A DNA stretch of 63,934 nt, filler included, from Phoronis australis (GCA_002633005.1; 4 parts of 4 records of this genome joined end to end with filler, not necessarily neighbours in it); one strand, 5' to 3'. Shown: positions 36,014 to 51,381, counted from the whole stretch's first letter. Program-made: numbers and translations. Notes: a model not told the origin generated them from the sequence alone.

Positions 36014-39000
36014 TAATTGGCGGGTGTCTCTTATTCGTTGGGTTTCATTGTTTGTCCGTCATTGACGTGGTTCGACATGAAAATGCATTAGTTTTTCCTT
36101 CTGTCATTAAAACTTTGATTTCGTAAAACTGCAATACCTCAGCATTAGCTGTCAAAACCCAAAAAGGCATTACGTCACGCCACTCATGCAACCGGTTTCA
36201 TACTTAGCTGTAATACTCCTTAGATTTCTCTTATCCCTTATCAACAACAACATCGAAGCCATTAACGACTCCAGAAAATGAAAGGGTTTAATCGGGGGGC
36301 GACCAACCCTAAAATTGCAAATTTGTACTGGCAAGTAAACTCCTGACTTGTGTTGCCGGCGCATTCGTCAACAATTCAAGTTTGGATGAAGTGGGTAACC
36401 CGCCTTCCAGGCTCAGCACAAAAATCAACTTCATTTCTTGGGACCTACAGAGTGGCTTGTCACAGCGCGTCATTTATGCATTCCCAGAAACAAGGCCGAA
36501 ACCATCTTATAGCCGTAAGCCGAGTGGTTTACTGGAAGTCAAAAGTTCACTACTTGGACGGGACGCGTGGCCGAAGCGCCTCTTCGATTAAGAATTAAAC
36601 AGTGACAGCTAAACAGCCGCGAAATGCCTCTTTAAATGACCCATCTGTTGTTTTTAAGAGCGAGGAGGAACTGCCCCTTTGACAAAAATATGAAATTTCA
36701 CATGATGCAAACACGTGTGTACTAACTACAACGAAAGTATTCACTTTCTCATCTTTTCATTAGAATACACGACACGTACAATGGTGTAACGTCTGGGGTT
36801 TCAGGGGGTGGAGGGGGGGGGGGTGTCACATGTCGCCCGAGGAAAACACATGAGTTTGACAACAAAACAAAAGGTTGGGCAAGGAAGAAAAGTTTGGGCA
36901 AACATCGCCTTTCAACTAAGTGTTTCCAAATTTCTAAAAAAAATAGTTTAATAAGAACTTTTATTCGTTTGTGATAAATTTTCCCTACCCATAATTTTCT
37001 TAACACTGTTACCCAATTTGTTGTCGTTTTTAGATCGCCATGGAATTGTTTCACGTGATGTTCAGTGCAAAGATGAAAGAGGTGGTGCTCAATACATGTA
37101 CCTTCAGAGCGTACCAGTCTATTGTTCTGATACCCACGATCATTTCGTACTAATTAGTTTTAATTCAACCTGGTTATGTAATAGTTAATTTTGCACCTGC
37201 TTGATGTTCACGAAACATGACAGTCTGTGAAACGGTCTGTGCATGTTGGCCTAATGCGATGTCCAAATCAAACTAGATTGAAACCAATGAATAACAATCA
37301 GGTTTCAGCGAGCTCAGCTAATTTCTTCATAGAAGCATCAGTAAGTCGCCGGTACTATGAAACAAAATTACATTCAATTTTATATATTGTGGAATGTTCT
37401 TAGCCAAGACAGTCAGTTTTTGATCAACATGGCTCATGAAGGCGGTATTCAATCTGAATATGCAAAAAGTATCAACTTAAAAAATACTAAAACCATGTTT
37501 AGGTGATTTTAAACAAAATTAATACAGTCACCTGCTGAAAATTCATCCCCGGAAAACGAAAGCATTGCTCACTAAAATTCTGTCCTCACCATGTCACAAA
37601 ATATTGGTTCGGTGGTTCCATAAGATTGCTTGGCCTCTCCCCACAGTCGTCACTCATTTACGGTACTCACCGGAAGCGCTTGTCACGCTTTCCAATTTAG
37701 CATAATTTGAAAGGTCTTGTCGAACTTGAGTCAAGCCTTTAAGAAGTAGCGAAGTTCTGAAAAGCATTATTTTGCCTTAAAGACTTAATACGGGCTTATG
37801 TAGTATTCCGCCAGTCGCAACGTTTCCCTCTCTTAAAAACGCAGCCCGCGTTTGGAATAACGTGCCTAAGACCGGCGTCATATGACAGTTGCAATCGGAC
37901 CAAGGACAATTGATAAAACAGACCACAGTTGCTGCTTGCACGAAACATTTCCAAAATGGGCTAGCTCAGATATGCTCCTTAGATTTCCAGCACATTTCTA
38001 GACTTTGTTTACGCACCAATGATATATTTATCTATCACTTAATGTTTACCATGAGCTCATCTTTTTCTTATGACATGTAAGATGTAATTATCAGAAAACC
38101 GAGTCCTCATTTCAATGAAAATAAATTGCTACCTTTCCTGCAACGCCCCTAATTTAAGGACTGTTATTTTCAGTAATATTAGAATTCATCGTATACACTT
38201 GAAATGTATCACAGCTAAAATTTGACGAAGTAGTGAAGATAAAATAACAAAAGAAACGGCAATCAATGCTTGCACTAATTCCCGAACGTGCGCTGAATAT
38301 TTATGGAACATAGCCGAGTCACTGTTGGAGCTACTTCATACAACCGGTCACTGTAAGACTTGCAATATTAAGATGCGACGTAGTTCATTGGTGTACATGG
38401 AATGTCAGCGGTCTTTCAAAACATTGATTTGAGTGCCTGAAAAATTGTAATCCGTGCTCTTGCACTGGAAAAGCTTTTGAGGAATTCAGTAACTTGCGTT
38501 AATAAAAGACTTTAGTGCGGGGATAAAACTGTTATCTCGAAATTACGCGTGGCACGTTCGGTTTGTCATTATCAATAAAAATCAAATTCGTCTGATTGTA
38601 GTTCCTCGTGTTGATTTTCTAATGCTTTCTGGACTGACATAGTCAAACGAAGGGCAACTTAAGTTTGACACCCCCTAAGTAAAATTACTAGTTTCGCCCC
38701 TGTAAGTGATGTAGGCCTAATCTACTTACGCCTGATCGACATTAACGCTTATTTCGCCCTGGGCTCTAACTGCAACACCACGCGTCGTTGCACTCGCACA
38801 AACGCGTCCTTTCCTTGTTGAATGTAATGTGTACCACATATTATTTGAACAGCAAATGCTCAGTCGACTGGAATCGTAAACACTACCTGGTGTGTCATTC
38901 ACTCTCTACTGAATTCATTTTTCAATTTGTAGTAAGTCGTTTTCAGACTTTTAATTCAAATTTGTATAAAAATTTGCAATTCACCGTATTAATTAGCACT

Positions 39001-42000
39001 GTGTAATCATTTTACTACAGTTTGAAACATGAAGAACAGCCAGCTTTTTCACAGGAAACAAAAACCCTTCTCAAAGTTAGTTTACGGTTTCAAATATTCA
39101 GGGTTTAATGTAGCGGTTATACTTTATCCTTTTGAAATACTCCGAACTGAATTCCGTTCATTTTGAAATAATTTGATGTCGTGTGGGAATAGCATTAGAA
39201 CTCGTTTCACGAAATTTTTAAGTGACATTTCTTTCCATCCACTAATGTCACACCTGTTAGCTTTCAAACCAAGCTAATTTCCCTGCCGCCAACGCATCGA
39301 AAAGTAGGCTTGCCATTTCATGCATTATGCATCTTTACGTTTACGTTTTTCAGAGCGTTGAGACAGTTGATCCACTCCCTGACCACTCCGAGTGTTGTGA
39401 AAAACTGTTGTTCGCCAGTGCGGAGTAGAATATAGTCACGACGGACCAAAGCCGAGTTGGATTGGAATATATTACACGTCATTTGCAGTCAGGAAAGATG
39501 TCTGAATACATTAAGTAAAATACATAAATGGTACAACTTTACTGCGAACTTCTACTTCCCCCAATACAATCGTTTTTAAAAGTATTCATTTTGGTTACTG
39601 TTTATCAAATAATATCCTATTTTGATCTCACAGTCATTGGAGTAACAGCTTGACACAAAAATTAGACATCTATTGGGAACGAAAATTTCTTTGAAGAAAA
39701 AAGATCGTTATTCAGTAATTGTGAAGTCATTGTCGGGAAAACACCATTTTCGCGATGTTGGTGCCGGTGTAAAATTATTTCAAACAAGAACTTTTTATAT
39801 TTCCTGCGGCTACGCAAGTGATCGAGATTGGAGCTTTCAAGTCCTTGCTGTTTACAGACTGAAACGAAAATTGTCATTATTCGCTTGGCAGAACCCCAAC
39901 GGCTTTATTGAATCCTCTCACAGCATAGTGGTTCACAGTCAATGGTAACCTATTATGAACTCCTACAAAAGACGAGTAATCGCCGGGGCCTGGCGGGACA
40001 GAAAAATGACAGATTTTGTTGAAAGAAATTTATCGATTAACGCCTATAAGTATGATAGTAATTAGATTTGCCATAATAGACACATTTTAACTTGTCCGTC
40101 AATTGTCAAAATGAGTAGTTTCGGAGACAAGTTTGATAATGTTATGCATTCGTATCTCAGTATGGCTTTATGTGGGAGGCAAAAGAGAGCTAATTTTAAC
40201 GACACTAAAGGGGAGACGGAGAATACGGTTAGCATTTGGCAGTCACTGTCACTAGTGTCTCCATTTCCGCTATAATTGTTGACCAAAAATCTGGAATCCA
40301 GGGCCTAAAATCGAACTCGAAATTTTTTTTAGTAATTTCCACTCTACTTTTGTACGAACTCAAGATAAGTGTCTGTTATTCTATGCTCGACTACATAATA
40401 GATTAGACTCCGGCTCTGGTCTTTTCACCCAGTGTGAAATTTGAGTTGCCGATAGGAAAGACGGACAATCGAATGCAAAAGACGGACAGACGCATAAGAA
40501 ATAGGGACAGCATTGTGAAAGTAACACCCAATTAGTTCACTAGCACGCCATGAAATAAATAATGCAGTGATCCACCTTTCAAGTGTAAACAGTTAACAAT
40601 ACCAAAGCAACCAAGACGAGTGAAGGGAATTCAATTTTTAAATGAAATTCCATGTAATCGCAAACATTTTTAAGTCTGGTCAGCACTATGTCTGAAAAGA
40701 TCTCTGTTCCAATCGGAACTTGAACCCGGGACCTTCTGCTCACCGTGTAACTTAGATTTTTTTAGTTCTGTATGCGGACAACGCAATGGCATTCAGTAAC
40801 GCGGTCTGAGATCATAAAATGTAAAAATGGTCTGTCCTTGAAATCTCAACTGTGCATCCTATTTCTCGTCCGTCATCTTCGCATTTTGAGTACCCGCCGT
40901 CCTTCCGATCTCGGTAGTCTGGCCGTCACTTCCTGTTTCTCGTCATTTTAGGTGCGTTCTTCCCATCGCGATCAAATTGCATGATGAACTGCGAAACCTG
41001 AAATTGTGCTCGGTAAACTGCATGTCTTTCCAAAGCTGGGAAACACTTTGCTATCACCCTGCTCAGTTNAAAAACGTCCTCCTCAGAGAAACAAAAACTT
41101 CGAAAAAGGTAGGAAGCGAGCCAAAAGTCCACTGAAAAGGCAGGAACTACTATAATTCGGTTAATGTACAATTCATAGCTCTGAAAGTATCCTGTGATTT
41201 TTTTGTAGTAAAAGGTCCGCATTCTCAAAAATTCGAGCCGCCCATTTTTAGGCTGGGTGCGAAATGAGCAAAAAGGTCCCCATTAGAGAAACAAAAACTC
41301 TCCATGATAGCAAGTAGCAGCGTATATTAATGAGAAACAAAAACATCGAAAAAAGTAGAAAATGAGACGAAAGTCCACTAAAAAGGCAGAAACTACCAAA
41401 ATTCAACGAATGTACAATTCATAGCTCTTAACGTACCCCGTGAATTTCAGTAAAAGGTGACATTCTCGAAATCTTGAGCTTCCCATTTTTTAGCCTGGGT
41501 GCGCGCGTGTGACGTCCGATTTCTTCCAGTTATCATAAACTCCAGTGCTCAGTGTAGTGGGTCGTAGGCTCACGTAGGCGAAGCCAACTACCTTTTGGCA
41601 TTTGAACGTAGCGCCTACGCACCGTAAGTTTCGTTCAGTGTTCAAGGTGATACGGTGGGCTTTGGGAGCCTACTCATCTCTAATTTTACCACTACAGCAC
41701 TGTAAAATTCTAAAGCTCAAGCACGTCCAATGGCAACGTAACATTGCGACCGTGGAGACGGGCCGTTTCATAAGACTATTGTGTAAGATTTGATCAAATT
41801 ACACTGGCATATCTAGGATGTCGTAAGCGGGGGGGGGGGGGCANGAAAAAATCCACGTTGAACCTGAAAACCGCTCATGAACCGGACTGCGACGGCGTTT
41901 TTTTATTTTTTCGATCATGTACGTAAGGGGGGAAACCGGGGGCAGCAATATAACTCATAGAACAGGAACTCGGGTCCATATTATTCTGAATGTGCCAGTC

Positions 42001-42313
42001 TTAATACTCGCGCTTACAGTTATGTATGTAAGACGATATCTTGCAGAGCCACACGAAGCGTAAAGATAAACATTTCGCCCTGTTAAACTGGCTAAGAACG
42101 AAAACTGAATTGAACCTTGCACTCTCATAAATCGATTTCAACATATTCCTTTCTGTGATAGGAATCTATTTGCGTTACCAACAAGAACATCGAAAACATT
42201 AGCGATCCAACGTGAGACGTCGCTTCATACTTGATAGCAGTTTGCCAACCCCTGAAATGATGTAAGTTCGAAAACAGCGCATGTAGGCATTGCCGCCGCG
42301 ATTGACTTGAATT

Positions 42314-42432
42314 CAATAGCGGATTTAGAGGGGGCCATTTGACAGTTCGGGGTGCGAATGTCTGACGGGCAACATCCTGGCTAATACTCTGCCCTGTGGC
42401 CCCCCTAACTCAAAATCCTGGATCCGCCCCTG
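42314..42432. mobile_element. Short MITE with 5-bp target-site duplication
   Basis: Termini CAATAGCGGATTTAG ... CTGGATCCGCCCCTG flanked on both sides by GAATT. A related copy is at about 31478-31640, with ends at about 30795 and 62880-62903. Confidence 0.7.
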
Positions 42433-44859
42433 GAATTGCCAGTTGATTTGGCAACAACTCAAGATCGGATGAACGCTTCAGTTTAGAATTCAATGTTGGT
42501 AGCTAAACAACATTGAAATTGTCCTTCAAATAATTTAAAATTAGAATACTAAACTATGTTTCAGTGATTTCAACTAAAAAACGCCCCGACACCGGTGAAA
42601 CAGAATTAGGACTTACTAAAAGATACGTTCCCTAGACGCAAGGGTTTCACAACTAAAGCCCAGATGATCACATGCTTTGTCCATTAAGCATGGCTAAACC
42701 TCGTGAAGTTTTGCGTTTTCATTTCGTGATGTTCTTGCGTCTACGGAACAAAAACAGCCCAGATAAACATATCCCCACTGACGAATCACAAAGTGAACCC
42801 TGTTATTTAACCTAGCGATCTTTCCCTAAGTCCTTGGACTGCTAGGGCTTTAATAGAGCATTGTTTTATTTCAAATGTTAAAAGCGCTGTAAACCAAGCT
42901 CTAGCGTCAAAATCGACTGGCGTATTAAACAGGACTTGGAATGACCAATGAAAAAAAAGGAGGACAATTTTCCAGGTGATGTATCGTTCCAGAAACAACT
43001 AGGCTTGTGTAGCAGAAATATTTGTGTTGTAAAATTTAACTGAAATAAACGTTTTTACAAAAATAAAGTGAAAATAATGATAAAAAGGAGACGAAAAAAG
43101 AGGACACTGGAAATCAAATAAGAGGAAATCGAAACCAAAAAAGAGGAAATCCTCTTAAAAGAGGAAAGTTCAAAGCCCTGAATTTAAATTTGCTCTTCCA
43201 ACGAAGTGTCATGTTATCAATAACTTGACGAACTGAAATTGGTCACAAGACCTCCATGATGGTCACACCGTTTGGGAGACGGGAACTACCCCCAGTGACA
43301 AACAAATTTCCCGAGCCTTCTCCGAAGCAATAATCACCAGATGTCAGTTTTTCTCAAACACAGAAATCATTTCTAATATGATTCATGAACAAGACTAAGA
43401 CAAATTTTATCAGATGTTTTCAACAGAAGGCGCAGGTTCATTGGCGCTTTAGTGATTCGGTCGAGTTTCAATGCCTGCTTGCAGAATTTAGTATCCTTTT
43501 AAAGCATCTTCTTGTGTGCATAGCACAAACTATACAGGAATAAAAAAATAGCTACAGTTAACAACTATTTATTCATCTGCCGACTTCAAGTTTCTCCAAA
43601 TGCAGCACATAAGCGATATAGCATAGCAAAATGGTATATTGGAAGGATTGATTTCACACTGCATACTAGCACTGGCTTCTGGGAGAACAAACTACAAAAC
43701 GTATAAACCCATATTAAGCACCTCAACACGACGGTCTGCGCTATCAGTATATCTACACATTTATCAGAGAGTCAAAATGTCACACCATCTATTAACTAGA
43801 AGCCAAAATATGACTATGTACATACCAAATAAATTAGTCTTTAAGACATTCACTCCACATTAGAGATCAAAGACTTAAGCGGTTGTAACCCTGCATTCTG
43901 TCCAAGATGCCAACTTTGATTTAAGGTACTCACTCTATAGAACTAGTCTCAACTTGTTCCTTACAAGTAATTTCTGGGTTTGCAAAGAACTGACAGTTCA
44001 CTATTCCTCGAAACTGCTCTGAGCATCAAGTGACATACTACGCTCTGAGCATCAAATGACATGCCACGACGCGACAACGTAGAGCCGGATCTCGAGCAGT
44101 GACAAGGTGTTTGTTCCTTCAAAGCCACAAAATCCCCTCCAACTTGACTATGGAACAATTTGAGACCAATTCCGTATCTGTAAATCGTCTAAATCAAAAC
44201 TTCGTTTTAGATGGAAGACAGGTTTCTGGTCACTTCATAAGCCAATAACCTAAATTTCCGCCTGTGACCCACAATACCTTAAGTATGATTATGCCTCAAC
44301 ATATATATTGCGTACAACCTGTATATAAGAAACCAATGCCAACCAATGAGGGATTGTTGCAAAGCATTTTGTGTAATGATTGGTCACAGTGACTTAGCAA
44401 CCTTAGGACTTACCAGGGAGCCAGGTGTGTCCTGTGTAAGGCTTGTACCTGGCGAGTTTGGCAAGAACACACAAGATCACACACGTGCAAAGCAATATCT
44501 CTCAAGGGGCGAACTCACGACGCTGCTACACATTAGGAAAATGTCTGACATTGCACGTGACTGTACATTTATGACGGAAAGTTGAATTTTGGAAAAAGTG
44601 TAACTTAATCTCACTATTTCCATGGTATAAACCAAGATTTCTCACAGGAAGACTCGTGTGAGCGACTATTGTTACTGATCGCACCTTAGAATGTGGAGGT
44701 ACCCTTCTTTCACAGTGGTTGGTATAAGGAAACACTTCTGACCTCATAAATTCCTTGACAAGTTTCCACACATACCGTCTGCCCCACAATGTTTACCCAC
44801 ACGTACTGTCTGCCCCACAATGTTTACCCACATTATAAAGTTAAATCTGCATTTCGTCC

Positions 44860-45158
44860 TGTTTAGCTGGCTAAAAAATGAAAATCGAATTAGGCCTTTT
44901 CACACTCATAGATTGGTCTCATAATATTCCTTACCGTGATAGGAGAGCGATCCAAGAAAACACTTCAGGATTTATTGCGGTTAGCCAACCCCAAAACCCG
45001 AATCTGTACGATTTTGAATTCAAAAATGGAGCACATATGCATCGCCTGTGACTTGAGTTGGTAATGGAAATGGAATCCTATCACAATACGGAATACTAGG
45101 AGACTGATTTATGAAGGTAAAAGGCATAATTTGATTTTGTGTTTTAGCCAACTAAACA
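44860..45158. mobile_element. Degenerate long inverted-repeat (foldback/MITE) element
   Basis: About 85-bp imperfect arms, 44860-44944 versus 45077-45158 (TGTTTAGCTGGCTAAAA..GTGATAGGA / TCCTATCAC..TTTTAGCCAACTAAACA). Confidence 0.55.
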
Positions 45159-46679
45159 CTGCTAAACAAAGCTTTAATTGTAACTATTTCTAACCCTGAA
45201 CATCAGGCAAAGAGAAACAAACTCTTAGCATGGGCTGCACCCTTACCATAAAATCAGACTCCATTCACACACAGGCACTTTTACCACAAACAATTTTTGA
45301 GCAAGTGACTGAACTGCATGACGCAGTTTCTACAAGTCATAATTGTGCGTGAATCACATCACATCATAGATACTCTCTGGTCTTGGGATTACAACCAAGC
45401 ATAAAATTAATACTAATTGAAAATCACCCACGATGCACACCTACAAGTTAAATAAATAACTGAGGTCTGTTATTTCAGTATAAACTAATCAAGAACCACT
45501 GGTGTCAAAATAAATCAATCTTACACACTACAAGGTAGTGGCCTGAGCCAACCAGTCGACACAATATTTGTTCGCAGTAAGGTTGCACAGCATGTTGTAA
45601 TAGTTTAGCTACCGCGATAAACTTTTATGGCGCGCGGTAATAGTTTTGAAGAGGGTGGTAGATGCCCTGTTATGTTCTATGGCTCATAGTAAGAGTTTGT
45701 TTCCCCCAACTGAACACAAAAATGTAACACTAACACCACATGACATCTTGTCAAAACACTGCAGTAATGGCCTATTCAACATTATCTCCCCTGTTCCTTA
45801 GTGTTTGCATTTTTGTGAAACTACTCGTCAATACAACATTACAGTACTGTAAAACTCACATGAGTCGAATACAACTAAATCAAGAGATTTCATCCAAGTA
45901 AGGCGAAATCTTACTTCACAGAACCACAGAGTGAACAACTTTATGGTGGAACATATGCGGAGTTAAGCAAAAATCCAACTCCAAATCTGACTGAGGCAAG
46001 CTTTACTGTATTATATTATACAAGTATCCGAGATGAACAATAAACACAAAACATACGAACAAAAATTTAAATTGTGCAATGAAGAACTTTCATATTTTGA
46101 ATCCCGAAGAATTTCCTTTTAACTCAGCTCAGACTTGACCTTGTTATTTTCTGCTATTTACTCCTGACACAAAGAGTAAACAGCATACTGTAGGTTGACT
46201 TTGAAAAATAATTCACCAACATTACACAAGTGAAACGCCTTCATCCCAAGAAAACATTTACAAAACTTTACAAGAGTTCATTCATAACAATCACTTTGAC
46301 AACTAAATGACAAATTTTTAATCAATCAGTCCAATATCCCCTTGTGGTTCATTCTCAACCACAAACTGAACAGAACCAAGCATCAAAGCTATGATGTATT
46401 ATGAATGAAAACATTACCACCTTTGGAACAGGTCTAACAATACTGCGAATCTGCAAAAACTAGCCCAAGTCAACTACTCCAATTCCATTCCTATAAACGT
46501 GTACCAATATTCTGTTTTTAACAAAATTGCTAAAACTCCATGCTTCATTCTGTACAAAGTAATTCCATCAGTCCACAATATCTTCGAGATGAGGAATCGT
46601 CAAACGCAATCTCCACTACAGTTTTCTCACTCAAAGATGTCGTCACATGATGATGAACAATGATAACTTGAGCTTGTCT

Positions 46680-49600
46680 TTACGTTGAAGCTGACACCAG
46701 AACATAGATCATACTAAAAAGATAGCAACGTAATGAGCCATAAAAAACAATCAGCTTTTGTAATAGCTATAAATATTTAACTATGTAGGTAAACATGAAA
46801 TATATGATGTAGGCAATTAAGTAATGAGATAGGTGTGTGACTGATTTCTCGACATCTTTATAATGCTGCTTATGTTAAGGAAGTGTTTAGTATTACACAA
46901 TTTACAAAACTTGTCAGACAGATTAAAAACAGTGAGCTAAATTCAGACATGATCCTCTAAAGAGTTTTCAAGTGCAAAAAGTACTGTCTTTTAAAAGGTT
47001 TCTATTGAAATTTTAATTTCATGGCTCATGAAAACTCTTCTATTTTATCAGTCAATTTAAATTTAGTCCTGCAAGAAAATTGGAATCGAGACATTATCAA
47101 CATATTTAACACACAATAATATACAAAATTCTAGTTAAATTCAAATGATGTCTTTGCTTATTAAAAAACCCAATGCACCCCAACACCATGCCGATGGTGA
47201 GACCAATGGCTTCACTTGACGCCACCTGTGAGTTAGACAGTACCTGTACAAATAGTAGAAAAACGAGAGCAGATAGAAGGCTAGTTTGATCCATCCCTCC
47301 CTCTGAGCGCGGCTCAGTTCATCAGCGTTCATGATGGACGTGGGGTCATACAGACCAGGACCGCTCATAACAGGACGGTGCAGGTATCTGTAATGAATAC
47401 CACTGAATCTTCACTGAGATTGGACACACACACACAATACCTGATCGCAGATGTTGTTAATGTACACATCTGTCAATTTACAATGTCAAAAACACTACCT
47501 GTCAACATTTTATCTCTAGAAAACTCATCTGTCAATTTGCAATGTCAAAAACACTACCTCTTAACGTTTTATGTCTAGAAAACTAGTTTCAGCCTCTACT
47601 TTGATTAGATTAGACGTAATTTCTGTGCTCAGTAAAGACCAGCAAATGGAAAAGGTTATAGAAGTCATTTTCTGATATTATAGCTGCAACATAAAAGCAT
47701 ATGTCTTGTTACCAGGTAGTGACAAAGAGATTGGTGGGCAGTGCTCTATGCTCTTGCACAGGGATTTAATGAAGTGAGATCTTCCATCGTTTTTACAAAT
47801 TCTCATTACGCCGTCAAATTACCACTGTTGTACGGTGAGACAAAAAAATTTGGCTCATATTGCACACCAGAATTGGGTCAAGCGAAAGACACAATATGCC
47901 AGACAGATGAAATTTATCTTTTTTTTGTAAAAGATAAGCAATACCAAATGAAATACTCTCATTTTCGTGCTCTATAGCACAGCTAGCACCTTATAATGTT
48001 TTGAGAGACTGTGGGCGTTTATGACGATGTTTGACTTGAAATTGATAGAAGTCAATATTGCCCATTGTTTTTATCTGAATTTGATGAGATTTTAGCATTG
48101 ATGGTTTAATCAGTGCTCTCAGGATGTGAAAATGTAAGACTGTTTGATCACTTTATAGAACTTTTGAAGGATTAACTCTTCAATACTATAATGAAATCAT
48201 ACAGCCTACGAGTCAAATTAAAACTTTTAGGTAACTGCAGCGGAAATGACCTTCACGTGTTGAAAATATCACCTTTACTTGCACTGTTTTTCTCAATTTT
48301 CTTGTCTTGTTCACTAGCAATCGTTTGCCAGAAACCTTTATAAAATGTCTTAGAAATAAACACAAACCAAAAACATTGTGACAACAATCTAATAAAAGTC
48401 CAGCAAATCCAGGGCCCTTGATAACTCAATTTTGGGCCGAAATATAGAATATCAGCCTCATTATATCTGAAACTCCTCTCTAACGATAAAAAATTCCTTC
48501 AGGTTATAATCAGTTAAAATGTTTTCAGAAAACTGCGGAAGTCAACACTTCTCAGCCACATGTTGCAGCCTAAATGCAGAGAACAAGAGATGGATTGTTC
48601 CATTGCAAGTGCAGGGAAGATTACACAGTATTGAGCAAGAAAGCCAGTCACAGGAGTCCTGGGTTTACTACTACTTGACACCCCAACTACTTAGACTGGT
48701 CCATGTAAATCCACAACGTGTACTCCAAAAGGTATACTCCAAGCAATATATTACAACACTTTGAAACTAATACAGACTTCAGTTTTGGCTACATTAGACA
48801 GCTACCAGGACTGGAAAGGGGGAGACTGGTGGTGACCAAGAGGGTGAAATAGTTGGCGACAAGGGGAATTCTCCCCTCGGTGAAAAATAAACTTATCAGA
48901 GGGCATAAGCAATGTTCTCTTAAGGTCTGCATGCAACACAACGCTAAACAATGTTCACATGAGTTTTACCCACCTGTTCACATGATATGCTATCAATGGC
49001 ACATTGAGCAAGAAGGAGCCAAACTGAGCAGAGAAGAGGAAGAGTACGTTGAAGAACAGGTGAATGCCATACTCCGGCAGCACAAGCTGAAATCACAGGC
49101 ATATGTCAATTGTCTGGAGAGGGTAATTTTATATTTTTTTCTATTAAAGGGACTGCAGTTTCATCACAGCAGGACCAACAAGCCCAAATACCTTATGTTT
49201 AGTGAGTATCACTTTATGCACGAAGGACGTATTACAGCCATACAAAGATGAAAAATGACACGTTTCCCACAGACTGAGAATATACAATCAGTGAACATGA
49301 TATGTATGTAAGGACATTATTTTTACAAGAGAACACAAATGAAAATACTTATCACGGTTTACCGTGGACAAAAATGTAAACAAGGGGCATATTGTGAGTC
49401 ATGATCTTGCGTAGTTAATCTGTTCCTTTACATGATAATTTAAATTTACAAAAACAACAAAAGTTACATTACTTTCATTTGCTGAATATGTCACTATCAT
49501 TTTTAACTGCTAAATAATAAAGCTGCACCACTTTGGAGAACAATTTCAAAGCAAAAAATGGACTTTTTAAACATGGCTCAAGATTCCAAACACAGCTCTG

Positions 49601-50682
49601 TAGTGCGTGAACTTGGAATCTTGCTTAATCTCAAGATCGCGTATGCTTGAACTTGGAATACATGAGGAAACTTGACAAGTTCACAAATAATCACTTTCGT
49701 GATGATAAAAATTTGCATTGCACTAAATCGAATAACATGTTGATAAAATAACGGAAATTTTAATCAACCCTTTTACAACTATTAGCGATCTTATTCACCA
49801 AAGAATAGTTGATTAAACACTGTATATTCTTTGACTCAAGTTACCCTAAAGGAGAAAATGGGTGCTCATGAGGCCAATAATTACAAAATTTCTTTACCCT
49901 GAGCAAAAAAATTCACCTGATTGCACAAATGAGAGATTAAGCAAGATTCCAAGTTCACGCATAGCAGCTCCGAGCTGGCTCAGTTTTTTTCCAAACACGG
50001 TGCAAAACATTTCCAACAGTGTGAAGAACCATGTCTGAACATGTGTAGGGAGAACACTACTTATGCAAGCTGCATTGACGGACAGCCATTCATTAGCGAG
50101 TCTTACTGGGTTCAAACTGTTACACTGGTCTATGGGGTTCTTGTAGTCCGTCTTCAACTCATCAAATGCAATGATCTGAAATGCAACAAAATGATATTTA
50201 GTGCTCTCAACAACTGAAAACCCAAAGGAGTCATAACGACACGAACGCTAAAGCACACAGTGTTCTTAATAAAATGCAAAAGCATATCAGTTGCACAATC
50301 TTAAATGCAAACTTACCTGCCTTGTTACCAAGGACTCATCTAGAATTTGAAAAAAGAGTCCACAAATTTGCAACATTGACACTCGTCATGTGCGAAATTC
50401 TATATATCACCCTGACGTCACAGGAAAAGGAGGTGTAGTCAAGAACAGAGCAGAGCTGATTGCCACATGAACTGTACCGGCAGGCGGTGCATTGACAGTG
50501 CCGTCGTCGCAAACTCAACTGACCAAGACTCGTGGCAATGGCTTTTAAAATAAGTATGCGAGCTTAAAACACTATTTTATGACATAAATGAAACTACGTA
50601 CGTGATATATTGCGAAAAATATTAAAATCGCTGTCAAAATCAAAGCTAAAATGTAGCAAAACGCAGCAAACGTAAATGCCAT
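46680..50682 (-). CDS. CNIH1: Protein cornichon homolog (ER cargo receptor), 146 aa
   Basis: Five phase-compatible exons: 50682-50602 ([27 protein letters not shown]), 50175-50107 ([23 protein letters not shown]), 49086-48974 ([24 protein letters not shown]), 47387-47244 ([47 protein letters not shown]), 46713-46680 ([11 protein letters not shown], stop). Matches cornichon/CNIH1 closely. Confidence 0.97.
49604..49961. mobile_element. MITE-like element in CNIH1 intron 2
   Basis: Perfect 29-bp inverted repeat TGCGTGAACTTGGAATCTTGCTTAATCTC (49604-49632 / 49933-49961). Confidence 0.7.
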
Positions 50683-51381
50683 CGTTACGATTTGGAGTTC
50701 GATTTGGGATCGGTCAACGACGTGTGGCGATACAATGATTTTATTGTCTATTAGTTTGAAAGAGATCTCGTTCGTGAAACGTAAAAAAATACACAGATCT
50801 ATTCAGTAATCTATACAGAAGTGTTCGAATCAACAGTTGATATTTTTTTGCAAAAAGCACGTTGTACTTTTCATAGCCTTTTTAAATACGTTAAAACCTG
50901 TGTGCACGTGTAATGTTAAAGTTACTTACTACAATTAGTCTTCTGCACAAAACAGAACTGGATTCGTGCTCCGACGTAAGACTTTGAACAGAAATCTGTG
51001 GAAGCATTCCGTTTACTTCATAATAACGAACCACTGAAATACGGAAAAATCACGATCTCAAGTTTGGAGAGCAATTCATTAGCAGAATTTCTCTTAACTC
51101 TTGGCCATTTGAGAATTTCCCCATACTCCCCATAGCAATGAGTAGGCCGAAGTAGGGGATTAAAACCGATTAAACACAATATGACATGTCATATGTGGAC
51201 GAAAAATTTGATCTCACAATTTCAACTTTTGGGTAGAAGTCTCTGCCCAGTCTGGGAGATCGTTTGCGGAGTGTTTGATGTAAAATCTCAAGAGAACTTG
51301 TCCATTTTTTAATTCCACTTGTTTAATTATTTATTTTTCAGATTCCAACACAACATGTAGACAAACTGCTTTCAATCTAAT

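Noticed and set aside
48853-49251. 132-aa + strand ORF
   Set aside because: Antisense overlap of CNIH1 exon 3, with no recognisable motif.
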